Source of the DNA: an uncultured bacterium
Lineage (GTDB): Bacteria > Omnitrophota > Omnitrophia > Omnitrophales > Aquincolibacteriaceae
Reading direction: 5' to 3'
NCBI GenBank assembly: GCA_964385615.1
Contig: CAYLPP010000012.1
Span: 16,865-80,864 of the forward strand
Length of the DNA stretch: 64,000 bases
Part shown: positions 1-11,800 of the stretch, one piece after another
Numbering within the stretch: position 1 is the first letter of the stretch
Layout of the letters: each line of letters opens with the position of its first letter
Program-made: the position numbers and the translations under genes
The notes under the pieces: generated by a model
Databases searched by the model: none
What the model was told of the DNA's origin: nothing
What the model saw: only the letters and a program-made list of their open reading frames with translations

Positions 1-479
1 ACCGGAATCATGGTCACGGCGCCGGGCACCATCATGGTCGCCAGGTAGCCGAAGAAAATCTTGTCACGGCCCGGAAATTTCAAACGGGCAAAAGCGTAAG
101 CGGCCATCGCGCTGGTGGCAACCTGCCCCAAAGTTACTGCTGAAGTCACAAAGAGCGAGTTCAGATAAAACCGGGCAAAAGGCACCACGTACCATGACTT
201 AACGTAATTCTTCCAGACAAACGACATGGGAATCCACTCTTCCCACCAGTTTTTCTGAAATGAAAAAACCGCGCCAGGTTCTTTAAGAGACGTTGTCACC
301 ATCCAAAGGAACGGAGCCACCATGCTGATAGCACCCACCGTCAGAACCAGATAGGAAAAAGTTTTTTGAACCGGCCTTTTCCACTTCGGCAGCGGTTTCA
401 AACTGGCAAGCTTAAGTTCCTTCTTGGAACGCAGATAATCGGGAATCGGCCGTCTGGATCTCTTTTCTTCCTGAGTCAT
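1..479 (-). CDS. carbohydrate ABC transporter permease (MalG-type), 3'-truncated by window edge
   Basis: The minus-strand ORF starting at ATG 479 translates MTQEEKRSRR...LVLTVGAISMVAPFLWMVTTSLKEPGAVFSF. This is the typical N-terminal TM and periplasmic start of a MalG/UgpE-type permease. It lies 17 bp downstream of the partner permease. Confidence 0.6.
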   Translation of the reverse strand, partial: MTQEEKRSRRPIPDYLRSKKELKLASLKPLPKWKRPVQKTFSYLVLTVGAISMVAPFLWMVTTSLKEPGAVFSFQKNWWEEWIPMSFVWKNYVKSWYVVPFARFYLNSLFVTSAVTLGQVATSAMAAYAFARLKFPGRDKIFFGYLATMMVPGAVTMIP

Positions 480-495
480 GGTTTCCATTTTCTTT

Positions 496-1410
496 TTAAT
501 GGTAATGGACCGTTTTACCGAAAAAGCGCCACTGGATCAGCGTAAAAATAAAAACAATGATAAAAAGCACCCACGCGATAGCCGCGGCATAGCCCATCTT
601 GTGCCACTGAAACGCGTTGTTAAAAAGATAATAGATCAAGGTCGTGGTTGAACCATTAGGTCCCCCGCCCGTCATAATATAAGCCGGATCGAAACCCGCC
701 TGGAAACCGCCGATCACGCTCATGATCGCGATAAAAAAAGTCGTGGGCGAAATCTGAGGCCAGGTCACAGCCCAGAATTTCTGCCAGGGGTTAGCGCCGT
801 CCACTTCCGCCGCATCATAAAGATCGCGGGGCACACCCTGAAGAGCGGCCAAATAAAGAATCATATTGTATCCGCCCACCGTCTGCCACACGCCCATGAT
901 AATCAGCGCCGGCTTGGCCCAGCTCTCATCCGTCAGCCATTGCGGGCCGTGAAGAGACAACCCGACAATTTCACCGAACCGGGAAATCGCCATATTCAGC
1001 ACACCGAACTCCGGGTTGTAAATCAGCCGCCACAGCATATAAATCGCGACGCCTGAGCAAAGCGTCGGTAAAAAGTAAACCGTGCGGAAGAAAACAATGC
1101 CTTTAAGCTTCTGGTTCATGGCCATTCCAAGAAGCAGTGAACCGGTCATGGAAAGCGGAATGCAAAGCATCATGTAAACCGTGTTCCAGGAATACTTCCA
1201 GAAATAGGGATCTCTCAAAAGCGAGATAAAATTATCAAGACCGACAAACTTCGGCGCGGACAAAAGATCCCAGTCCACGAAACTCAAAGCCATCGAAGCC
1301 ACAACCGGAATCAAAGTGAAAAGCATGAACCCGATAAAATTCGGCATCAAAAAGCCGTACCCTGCAACCGCTTCATTAAAGGAACTGGATCTAAGCTTGC
1401 TGTTTTTCAT
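496..1410 (-). CDS. carbohydrate ABC transporter permease (MalF/UgpA-type)
   Basis: 304 aa with multiple TM segments and an EAA-like loop ([23 protein letters not shown]). The start overlaps the clpX stop by 4 bp (ATGA). Confidence 0.8.
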   Translation of the reverse strand: MKNSKLRSSSFNEAVAGYGFLMPNFIGFMLFTLIPVVASMALSFVDWDLLSAPKFVGLDNFISLLRDPYFWKYSWNTVYMMLCIPLSMTGSLLLGMAMNQKLKGIVFFRTVYFLPTLCSGVAIYMLWRLIYNPEFGVLNMAISRFGEIVGLSLHGPQWLTDESWAKPALIIMGVWQTVGGYNMILYLAALQGVPRDLYDAAEVDGANPWQKFWAVTWPQISPTTFFIAIMSVIGGFQAGFDPAYIMTGGGPNGSTTTLIYYLFNNAFQWHKMGYAAAIAWVLFIIVFIFTLIQWRFFGKTVHYH

Positions 1411-2669
1411 GCCGACTTAACCCACTCCCCGCCTCGAAGCAGCGCCGGAGCCTGCTTGCCCTCGACCACTTCGCGCGAAACGATGCATTCGGAAACATTA
1501 CTTTCAGAGGGAATATCGTACATCACATCCAGCATCAAGGTTTCCAGGATAGAGCGAAGCGCGCGGGCACCCGTTCCCTTACGAATAGCCTTGCGGGCAA
1601 TTTCTTCAAGTGCGTCCGGCATGAACGTCAGTTTCACGCCTTCCATTTTAAAGAGCTCTTCATACTGTTTGATCAGCGCGTTTTTGGGTTCTTTCAGAAC
1701 ACGCACCAGGTCGGATTCATTCAAGGCGTGCAGCGCACCGGTAACCGCGAAACGGCCGATGAATTCCGGGATCAAACCAAACTTCATTAAATCTTCAGTT
1801 TCAACCCGTTCCAGCATCTCACCGACATTCTGAGGCTTACTGCTTTCCGCAGCCGGGGCGCCGAAGCCCATCGACTTATTGGAAACGCGGCGTTCAATAA
1901 TCTTGTCCAGATTCGAAAACATTCCTCCGCAAATGAACAGAATGTTTTTCGTGTTGATCTGGATATATTCCTGCTGAGGGTGCTTGCGCCCGCCCTGCGG
2001 AGGCACGTTAGCGACCGTTCCCTCCAGAATTTTTAAAAGCGCCTGCTGAACGCCCTCACCCGAAACGTCACGGGTAATGGAAACGTTTTCAGACGTACGC
2101 GCGATCTTATCGATTTCATCAATATAAATAATCCCCAGCTCAGCGCGCTTCACATCGAAGTTCGCGGCCTGAAGAAGGCGGAGCAGAACATTTTCAACGT
2201 CTTCGCCGACATAACCGGCTTCCGTTAACGCGGTCGCGTCAGCGATCGCGAACGGCACATCCAGAAGCTGAGCCAGCGTGCGCGCGAAAAGCGTTTTACC
2301 GGAACCGGTCGGCCCCATGAGCATAATGTTGCTCTTCTCAAGCTCAACATCGTCACTCTTACGGTTCTTAACCCGTTTGTAATGATTGTGAACGCAAACC
2401 GAAACCTGTTTCTTGGCTTTTTCCTGCCCGATGATGTACTGATCAAGCTTAGCTTTAATTTCGCGGGGCTTGGGAACTGAAAGGCCTTCGGAAACATCAT
2501 ACTGTTTAATGTAGCTGGGCGCGTCCTTGCTGAGGATGTCACCGCAGATGCGAATGCAGATGTCGCAAATATAGACCCCGGGCCCGGCAAAAATCTTTCG
2601 GACTTCCTTGCGCTTATCGCGGCCGCAAAAGGAACACCGTTCGGAAATCATCGGCGTTAATCTCCTCAA
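1407..2669 (-). CDS. clpX: ATP-dependent Clp protease ATP-binding subunit ClpX
   Basis: N-terminal C4 zinc ribbon ([10 protein letters not shown]...ICDICIRIC), Walker [18 protein letters not shown], Walker [11 protein letters not shown], and a sensor-2 box. Confidence 0.95.
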   Translation of the reverse strand: MRRLTPMISERCSFCGRDKRKEVRKIFAGPGVYICDICIRICGDILSKDAPSYIKQYDVSEGLSVPKPREIKAKLDQYIIGQEKAKKQVSVCVHNHYKRVKNRKSDDVELEKSNIMLMGPTGSGKTLFARTLAQLLDVPFAIADATALTEAGYVGEDVENVLLRLLQAANFDVKRAELGIIYIDEIDKIARTSENVSITRDVSGEGVQQALLKILEGTVANVPPQGGRKHPQQEYIQINTKNILFICGGMFSNLDKIIERRVSNKSMGFGAPAAESSKPQNVGEMLERVETEDLMKFGLIPEFIGRFAVTGALHALNESDLVRVLKEPKNALIKQYEELFKMEGVKLTFMPDALEEIARKAIRKGTGARALRSILETLMLDVMYDIPSESNVSECIVSREVVEGKQAPALLRGGEWVKSA

Positions 2670-2749
2670 CAGTTGATTTTAAAAGTTATTTATTGTAATA
2701 CGCCCGGCAAATGAGGGGCGTGTATTCTCTCTTTTTAGGGAAAAAAAGT

Positions 2750-2790
2750 AAAGCCCAAAATCCTTCGGAAGGGGTTTCAAGCTCTAAACC
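2750..2790 (-). terminator. weak hairpin followed by T7 tract downstream of giant gene stop
   Basis: On the minus strand: ...CCTTCCGAAGG...ATTTTGGGCTTTACTTTTTTTCCC. The stem is short (4-5 bp). Confidence 0.25.
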
Positions 2791-2806
2791 TAACAAAAGC
2801 AACAGT

Positions 2807-5800
2807 TTACGCCGCAGAACCAATGACCCGGCTGACCTTTTCTTCAAATAAAGCCTCGGCCAAGGCCGTATTGACCCCGAAGGCCAAACGCCCTCCGGAC
2901 TGGGTCAGCGTGATTAAGCTCTGAAAATCCCGCTCAAAAAGGTTCAAACGGCGCAGAAGCTCGTCGCGGATCTCCTGCGGTTTTCCCCTGTAGTTTTCAT
3001 CTTGAGAAAGATCGGCCATATGAATCAGGGCCCGGCTGACCACTTTGCCGATCCAACGGGCAGCTTCCGGATTTTTGCGCTGAAGCGCCTCAAGATCCGC
3101 AGGATTCAAAAACAACGGCAAAAACATTTCATTAATCGCAATCTTGCTGCCCAGAAACGCCGCCGGTACTTCCGCCTGCTCTGACTGAATGGCATTTGTC
3201 TTTTCTACGTGAACATCGCGGACCTGGATTGCCAAATCAGAAAGCCCCTTCCTGAAAACTTCAGGAACACGGCCGTCTTTCAAAAGCTCTCCAACAACGC
3301 CTTTATCCAGACCGCTTAAAAAGCCGGCCAGAAAATGATCATCTATCTTACCATCAGGAAGAACCAGGCCCACAGCGAATTTCCGGCTCACCGCGCCTGA
3401 GATTTGATCAAGTCCGGAATCCAGATCATTCATGACAGCCTGCACAGCATCAAAACGCGAAACATCCGCTTGCGCCAGCATTTTCAGCCGGAGAGCTTCT
3501 TTATTTTTACGGTACTGCGCAATTAAATCAGCAATCACGCTTTCATCAATCTGAACCGCCACGGCCCGGCTCTCATTTCCAGGCGCAAGTGCTTCGGCAA
3601 CCAGCTTTACCGCGTCGGCCTTAGGCGCGATTCTTACTTCAGAGCGGGCTGACAGCTCTGTTCTAAGATCACCCCAAGCATCATCCTCAGAAACCTGATC
3701 TTTAACTAAAACAGCGCCGGCTTCAATCTGAGCATACGAGGACCCGGAATTCGCCTGAGGCTGAATTCCCAAAATATCCTTTATTGAATATTTCCGGTAG
3801 CCTACACGGTACGCATCTTGAAATGAAACCACCACAGCGGGCAGTTCTTCATTCTTGAAAATTCCGCCATCCAGATTAGCCTTGCTCAAATAAATACCGT
3901 CCTCCGGATTAAAAACACCTTCAGGAGCGGTCTCTCCCGCTTCAAATTCTCTTTGGTTATATTCAATACGCCGGGGCGTAGGCGCGGAATTTCCATCGTA
4001 AGACCATTCATAATCAATGAAATACCGGTCTGCCGCCGCGTCTTTGGTAATTTTTACTTTGCCCATATCCACGCCCATGGCTTCAAGTTCCCAGAGAAGG
4101 GGCGCTTTGGCAAAACCAATGGCCCCTAAAACAAGCGTCGAGTTATATCCAAGCGCGGCTTTTTCGGACTGATACACTTCCCGCAAAAGTCGGAGTGTTT
4201 TTTCGTCAAGAGTTCCTTCAAACGGAAGCGCGTCAAAAATTCTGTAATAAGAAGAATCCGTGAGGTAGGAGGCCGTTTCAATGTCTCCGCCCCCCAAGGG
4301 GTTGACAACACGGCCTTGATATCCCTTTGTCTTCAGAAAATCACGCACTTTTACATATTTCTCAAGCCGGTCCCGGCTGATGAACCGGTTCCGTAAAACC
4401 GCGGGATTCGCGGGAAAATTCGAAACCTTGAAGTTTCCCGAAGCCGTTAAGTTGGAAAGCTGTTTCCGGTATTCCGCAATTTGAGCGTCTGAAGTCAGAT
4501 AACGTTGGTTCACTTCATTGACCACCCGCACGACGGATGGAACCAAAACGGACGCTTTCGCTTCAGGGAAATACTCAACGGCAATACCGCGTATCGACTG
4601 AGTTTTAAGCGTGGCAGGTGCGGAAGTTTGTTTCACGCGCATCGCTGGCAGCGCGTCGGCAGTACGATCCGCGTAACCGTCTTTTAGGATTCCTTCCTTT
4701 TTCAGGAGACGAATCAAATAGGTCTGGACGTCGGGTTTAAAATTAATCGGTTCAGAGACCGCGGAGACGCGTTTGGCGGTCGCCAGCTGCTCCAAAACAT
4801 AAACAGCCATAGCAGCTTCACGCAAATTTTCAGGAACCGTTTGATCAATAATTTCACGAGCGAAAGAGACATTCAAAAGAAATTGCTCTAAAATTCTCGT
4901 CTCCTCCGGTGCGGCTCGAACTTCGGAGCGGGTGAAGGAATTTAAAAAATTTCCAAGCTTCTCCCAGTCGTGCATGACTTTACGCGTGCGTGTTTTTTTA
5001 ATACCGTTCCAAAACTTGACCGGCGCGTTGTCTGAAACTGCTCCGATTGGAGTATTTTCAAGCGCCGGCTGTATGCCGGGCTGGTCCGCAGCCTGAATAA
5101 GTTCCATCAGGCTCAAAGATCTCTGAACCGATGTCTCCCTCGAATTTCTGCTGTAATACCCTGAAAAGAAATCCCATTGGAAGGCCAGGAGAAAAGGCAG
5201 GCCCGCGGCATATTCACGGCTTAAATCCTGATGCCACTCATAAAGTTTTCCGGCATTAGCCTGAATGGCCGCTTCAAGCTCATCAAAATAGGGCTGTCCC
5301 GCCAGCTCTCGCCGTGTTTTCGCGAGTTCTCCCGTAAATCTCTTTTTTCCAGGGCCGGCTAAAACAGGGCTCAAGCTGAAAATGACTTTCAGTAGCGAAA
5401 TTTTCAGGAGTTTTCGAACTGATCCCTGGTTTTCTTTCGTCACTTCGGCCAACTGATCTTTAGACAACTGCGCGATAACCCAGAGCACGTCGGGCGAGAA
5501 AGCTTCGACATCTTCGTTGTCCAGCCAGGAATGAAACTCCAGAGAACCCTGCACATGAAAAGCGGCTGCAAGAAGACTGAACGCTGTCAGAGTGTAAGCG
5601 TACTCGCCTGGCGCGTACCGGAAGCGCCGTGAAAAATCAATGTAATCGCTGACAGCATCATCTCCATGAAAATACGAAAAAGCCATGCTGAATAATTCGG
5701 AGAGAGTCAGTTTATTATTTTGGGGAAATTTTTTACCAAACTTTGTAAGAATCAGCTCGAGCGCCGCGAATTGTTTCGCGTTAAGCTGATCCAGCAGAAC

Positions 5801-8800
5801 AATCTGGCCGGCATTCTTATATTGTTCTGCCTGTTCACGGGCATTCAGCGGACCATCGAGCACAAGCAGGGCCAGCCCTTCCAGCACCAGCTGGGCATAG
5901 TCGGCATCTGAAAGTTCGCTGTGATAATCTTCTTCACTCTCAAAGCCTGTACCGTGGACGGACTCAAAAATCGCGGCGCGGCTATCATAATTGTGAAAAT
6001 AAAGACGTTTGCCGTTATCCGACAGGTTTTCATAAATTTGTCTGGCAATTCTGAAATACCCTTTACCGTCGAGAGAATTCCACTGCCGGTTCACGGAATT
6101 AATTAATTTTGAATAATCAACCCGAATTTCGGAGCGTGCGTCATTTCGCGGCCGGCCGAGTCCGCCCTGCTCAATTCCAATTTCCGAATACGGAATATTA
6201 TGGTCTCTGATCGCTTTTCTGATCTGCCGTGAAGTTAACCCTGACGCTCTGGCAACATTCGCAACCGTTCTGCGAAGTTTCGGATCGAGTCCTTGCGCAA
6301 GCCCTCGAAGATAAACGACCCACTCTTCGCGGCTTCTCTGAATAATTCTTTCTCGCACCATTCCCACGGAAGAGCGCGAAATTTTGTGGTGAGACATCGC
6401 GCCGCGGATGGCGGCGGCGTCCAATTCTCCATTTGAAACAGCCGCAACGTTTTCAGGCGTAGGGGCTTGTCCTTTTTCAAGCTTTGCGACAAGTTTCGTC
6501 AAATAGGTGCGCCATTCTTCTTCCGTCCGCGCGCGCATTTCGGAGCGGAGCGCGCTATTCCTTTCAGATGCCGCGGGAGACTCATTATTCCGCTTTAATT
6601 TTTCAAGCATTTCGCTTAACTCAAGGAAAGCGCTCTCATTTATATCTCCCCGGGAATATCTTTCCTTTAAATCAGATTGAGTAGCGTCAATATTTAAACG
6701 GCTCATATCAATACGCCTTAAAAACCCAGCCTCTTCAGCTACTTTAAGCCCTTTGAAACCAAGAGGGGCTATCGCGGCAGCTTCATCAGAAATACTAGCG
6801 CCTAATTGGTCATTCTCCGCGCTAAGGGCATAGTCCAGCCCGGTTTCACTGACAAGCCAATTATTGGGTAAATCAAAATATAAAGTTACTCCGTCGCTTG
6901 GCGGTTTTATGTTTCCATTATGGAAAATATACCGTAGAGGCATTGCATATAAACCGTGCTGAAGTATGGTTGGCAGATATCGAATATTGGTATTATGAAG
7001 AACTAATGTAGTTCCACTAGGGCTTGCGGGATGTTTTTCTTGCCCCAATGAAATTTCCGATATTAGAAACGAATAGATTGTTTGGCCTTCCGAAAATTTC
7101 TTCCCTATAAAAACCTTATAGGGGCCACCGGGGGGCATTTTCCAATGCAGGGGCAACAGTTGAGCAACCATTGTTTGCCTAAAGGTCGCCTTATCCGCGA
7201 TTGCTCCTTGGAAAAGCCAAAACGGAAGCACTAAAATTTTATCATTTTCGCCTGTATTTTGTTCTACCCAGCCGTATAAATCATCTATTTCCGAAAAGTC
7301 TTGTGCGGTAATTTGCAGGGAGCTGGAAGAAATGCTTTTATCAGACCGCACTTCAGATCTCGCGGGCTTTGTAAAAAGATATTCCCCGACTTTCTCATCA
7401 ATGGGAGCAACCTCAAAAGAAATGGTTCTAAAAGCTCTGAAAAACTCATCGTCTATACGGCTGTAAGGAATAATCAGCGCGCGTCCCCCGGGCTTTAAGA
7501 CACGGTTAATCTCGAGGGCCGTTTCGTAGTAAGCCATTACCGGTTTATCAATAATCTGATACCAGTAAGCAGGATCAAAAAGACCAACACTGATAACCAG
7601 GTCCACGCTTGAGTCTTCAAACGGCATTTTCTGAGCCACACCCTTTACGTAAAAGCCGGCAGGTTCCGCGGGGGCATTCGGGTCAAGTCCCACAATATCT
7701 TTACCTTGCTTGCGGAGTTCGGTAACCAGATTCATAGGAGTCAATATATCGGGAGCAAAAAGACCTTCACTGTCGGTTTCGAGCCCGATGTCCACGATTT
7801 TTCCGGAAAGAAGTTCATCAACTGAAATCCCGAGTTTTCTTTCAATCTGTTTAGCCGTTAACTGAAAATGCGCCATATGAATGGAGGAATTCATCCGCGC
7901 TTCGGAGCGGGCGGGAAATTTTGAAACCCATTCCCCCACAGTTTTGGCATCCTTCGAAAAAGTTTCATCATCAGACAATTCCCGGCTGTAACCCGCGGGA
8001 AGCTGATGACCCAAAGTCAGAACGGGAATTTTCGCGAAAGACGTCAAGAACGCTTCGCGCTTCATACCTTTCACCGATACATAAGCATCGTCCAAAATGG
8101 ATTCTTCGGCTGCTCCGGAAATCCCTTCGTGAGTCTTAACATCTCCCAATGCCCGCGAAGAATCCAGGAAGATGACAAATTCCACGGGGTGGACATCGTC
8201 ATCCTCAAGAACGGGCAGGGGTTTCTCGGCGGCGGGACCCTCCCCGATATGTTTGTATTTTGTGACAACCGTCTCAGGCAGAAGGTTCCCGACGGCAACC
8301 GGCTGGCCTTGCTGATTCAGCATGACATAAGTATTTTCATCATCATCCGCAAGAATTTTAAAAGCCGGCGCTCCGGAACGATTCGACAAATAATAAGCCA
8401 GCGTTGATTTTCCGGTATCGGAGGGCGCCATGATAATTCCTGTTTTTCCCGTCACGGAATCCTGAACTAAACCCGCGTGAAGGATCGCTACAGGCCGGTC
8501 CTGCCACCGGGTTAACTCTTGAACACCTTCTAAATCTTTTTCGGTCTCAGCTTTTTTAATGACGGTCTGCCACATGAGAGACCGTATGGTTTCGTAAACC
8601 GGTTTTTCCGGCCGGGCAAGCCCGTCAAACCACGGGAAATTTGGATCAAAGCTATAAGGATCTTTTCTTAAAGAATTATCTCCGTTTCCAATCACATCCA
8701 GAAACCAGTCCACCTTGTACTTTTTCAGTACTGCGACCTGAGCCTTGCCTAAAGGGAAACCGTTAAAATCCGTGATTGCCGGCGAAGCGGATTGATCCGC

Positions 8801-11800
8801 GCGAAGTTCGGAACGGACCATTGTGATATTCGCCAAAGTTCCCGTAACGTCAATTTCAAAATGCATACGCCCTTCACGCATTAAATCCTGAATCTGCTTC
8901 AATGTTTGACGGGCAGTTTCCGAACTCAAGGAAATCGGCTGACTCTGACCTTCAAGCTGAATCTCGGTGACTCCTTTGGCGGCCAGTGCGTCCGCGAGAT
9001 TTTCTTTTTCAAGATCCACGAAAGGCTTCTTTTCATCCCAGGTACTCAAAAAGCGCTCATACCGTTCCTTCCACGCAGGCACAATGCGGTTCACAAACTC
9101 CCCACCTTTTCTCGCGAACTCCGCCTCTTTCAAAGCTCCGAGTCCGGTCAAGTGCGGAACAACCATCGCGCTCGCCAGCTGAATGGTCGGAATGACGGCT
9201 TCAACCGTCATCTGATTTTTACGCGACGCATCGAGAAACTTTTGAAAAAGATTATTCGTGTACTGCAGGATATGATCCTGCTCATCGGGTCTCAAAGTCT
9301 CAAGGCTGGCGTAAAAAGCCGCGCTTAAAAGCAGAATCTGGCGCTCTTTCTCAGAAGTTCCCGCGAGAGTGCGTCCATTGATAAAAACAACCCACCCGGA
9401 AGATTGAGGGAAAAGAATATTTTCGTACCCGGCCTGGTGAAAAATAGTGCCGACATTCTGAAATGCCTTATCGCCCGCGGGAATCACCGATAAACCCGCC
9501 TGACGTTCCTTGAGTGCGGTATTCAAAACCGAAATAACCGCGGGGTCGTTATAAACATAAACACCTGTATCAAGTCTCACACCGTAGCGCCTGTCGATCG
9601 GCTCAAGGGTGCGGCTTTCGGAACGGGAAAGAACACGAATCGCCGTTGAAGAAGACTCGATTAAATCCAGAATTTCATCCGGCCGGCCCATTACGCCCAG
9701 AGAGTGATCTTCCCAGTGGTTTCTTAAATAATAAGCAAGATCTCCAAGCAGATTTAGCGCGCGGGTAAATTGACCGGCTAAAAACTCGTCTTTAACCGTG
9801 TCAAAAATTCCGGAGCGTTCTCCGTCCCAGGCAGATAGAATTTCTTTGGCGCGCTTAAGATCATGCAGTAATTTTTCAGCGCTGGATCCGCCCGGAACCG
9901 GCGTTTTAAAAAAACGGGAGAACTCCCCTGTCGGCCGAACGCCGGGGGCAAGCGTCACAAGAGCGAGAATATCTTCGCCATAACCAGGAACTTCAGACAT
10001 GGAGTAATCACTGCTCCGGCCGATGGCTTCATACATTTTACGCGCGTCCGCGGAACGGTAGTTAGCCGAATACCAGCGCTGAACCGCACCGCTCCTTAAA
10101 AGCAGTTTGATCGCGCGCTGCATATACCCTTTGCCTGTAATCACGCTTTTCAAATCGGGTGCCAGCACTTCCCAATCCCTGCCGTTTTCACGGTAAGCCA
10201 GGCTGGCTTTGGCGGCGAGTTCCCTTGAAGTCCGGTCAAAAACAAGAAGGAAATACTGATCTTCATCATACCCGTAGGGCGTCGGCATTTCTGATCGCAC
10301 CAAAATGACATGAAGATCTTTAAACTCCTCTGAGAACTCCGGTCCGTCTACGAGAAGAGCGATTTCATTCCCTTTGGATTTTTCAGTTTTTGGATATTCC
10401 CGGACAAGCACCGCCTGATCTGAATCATTCAAAGCGCGGACTTCCGACCGCGGTGAAACGAAATAAACAACTCCCGTTCGAGATTCTTTCAGGTAAGCCG
10501 TATGAATTGAAAATTCATCGACATTCATATCTTCCCGAAGATCAAAACGAAGATTCGCGCGGTCCGCGATAAAGGGAACCGCCTGCTTGTAGGCCGAGAT
10601 AAGCGTTTCACCCAGATCGTTAACGATCAGATAGCTTCCGGAAGGGCTGATTGACTTTAGCGCCGTCAAAAAAATGTCGCGCATTCTTTGAATTAAATAA
10701 GGGAAGACTGCTGCCGGCGCGAAGTTTGAGTACAAAGAGTATTCGACTGAACGGTACACGGGGTTCATCATTGCCAGCGCGAAAATATAATCGTAGTGTT
10801 TCCCTTTCAGCTCACTGTAGCTTTGGTAAGCGGGAATTTCCTGGTCCAGACCAAAGCCTCTGTGAAGTTCTACCTGAAAAGACAAATATTCTGAGTCAGG
10901 CTCAAGAACCGACGTTTTTAAACCGAGTTTTTCCAAAACCACCGGAAGGTAATCGCCGCTTCCAGGGCCCAAAACCAGCGCGGTTTTACCGGCTTCCAGC
11001 TTCAAACTTTTCAGTTTCTCAATAAGTCTCTGCTGGGTCTGATCATCAAAATCAGTCAGCCCGGAATGCGCGGCCACTTCCTCAATGACCGCGGAAATTT
11101 TCTCTTGCGTCACGAGTCTCGATTCGGAGCGGGCGGAAGCCTGTTTTCTAAAAACGGCCCACTCGTAACCTGAAACAGGATCCCACGGATCGCGCTCCTT
11201 TGAAACCCAGGATTCTTTTCGAATTCTGCCCAAGGGAATCAAAATCCGTTTTCTCTCCGCAACAGAAGCTTGAGGTTCCGCGCGGGCATAAATAGCCGCC
11301 TGCGAAACCAGAACCTTTCCGCCTTCAGCGGTTGCTTCCAGGATTTTGTTCCAAAAAGCAGTTTCATGCGCCAAATCTCCTCCCCACCCGGCATTTTTAA
11401 CGATTGAGAAATCTCCCTGAACCTCTGCCTCTTCATATTTTTTAGGCACAAGAACAACTTTAACTTCCCGGCCGGTAACCCGGTGTTTAAGCGTGAGAGT
11501 TAAATCCTCCCCCTTCTTAAGCGTTTCTTCCCAGCTTTTATAAAAACTGAAATCCCAGTAATTCTCAATTTCAAAGTCTCCGCTCCTGAGCCAGTCAATG
11601 GAGAACCCGACAGAAATCCGGGCAAGTTCTGAATAAGAGGGATCCACGAGATAAATCGTCTCAAGTCCCGGGAAAAGAGAAACCATCAGAGAGAGCGTTT
11701 CATTATCTTTGCCCGAAGCCAGGTAAACACCTTTTTTAGGCTCAAATTTTTCTTCCTGGAATAATTGTTTCATTTCAGGAATCCAGTCTCGCTCACCAGC

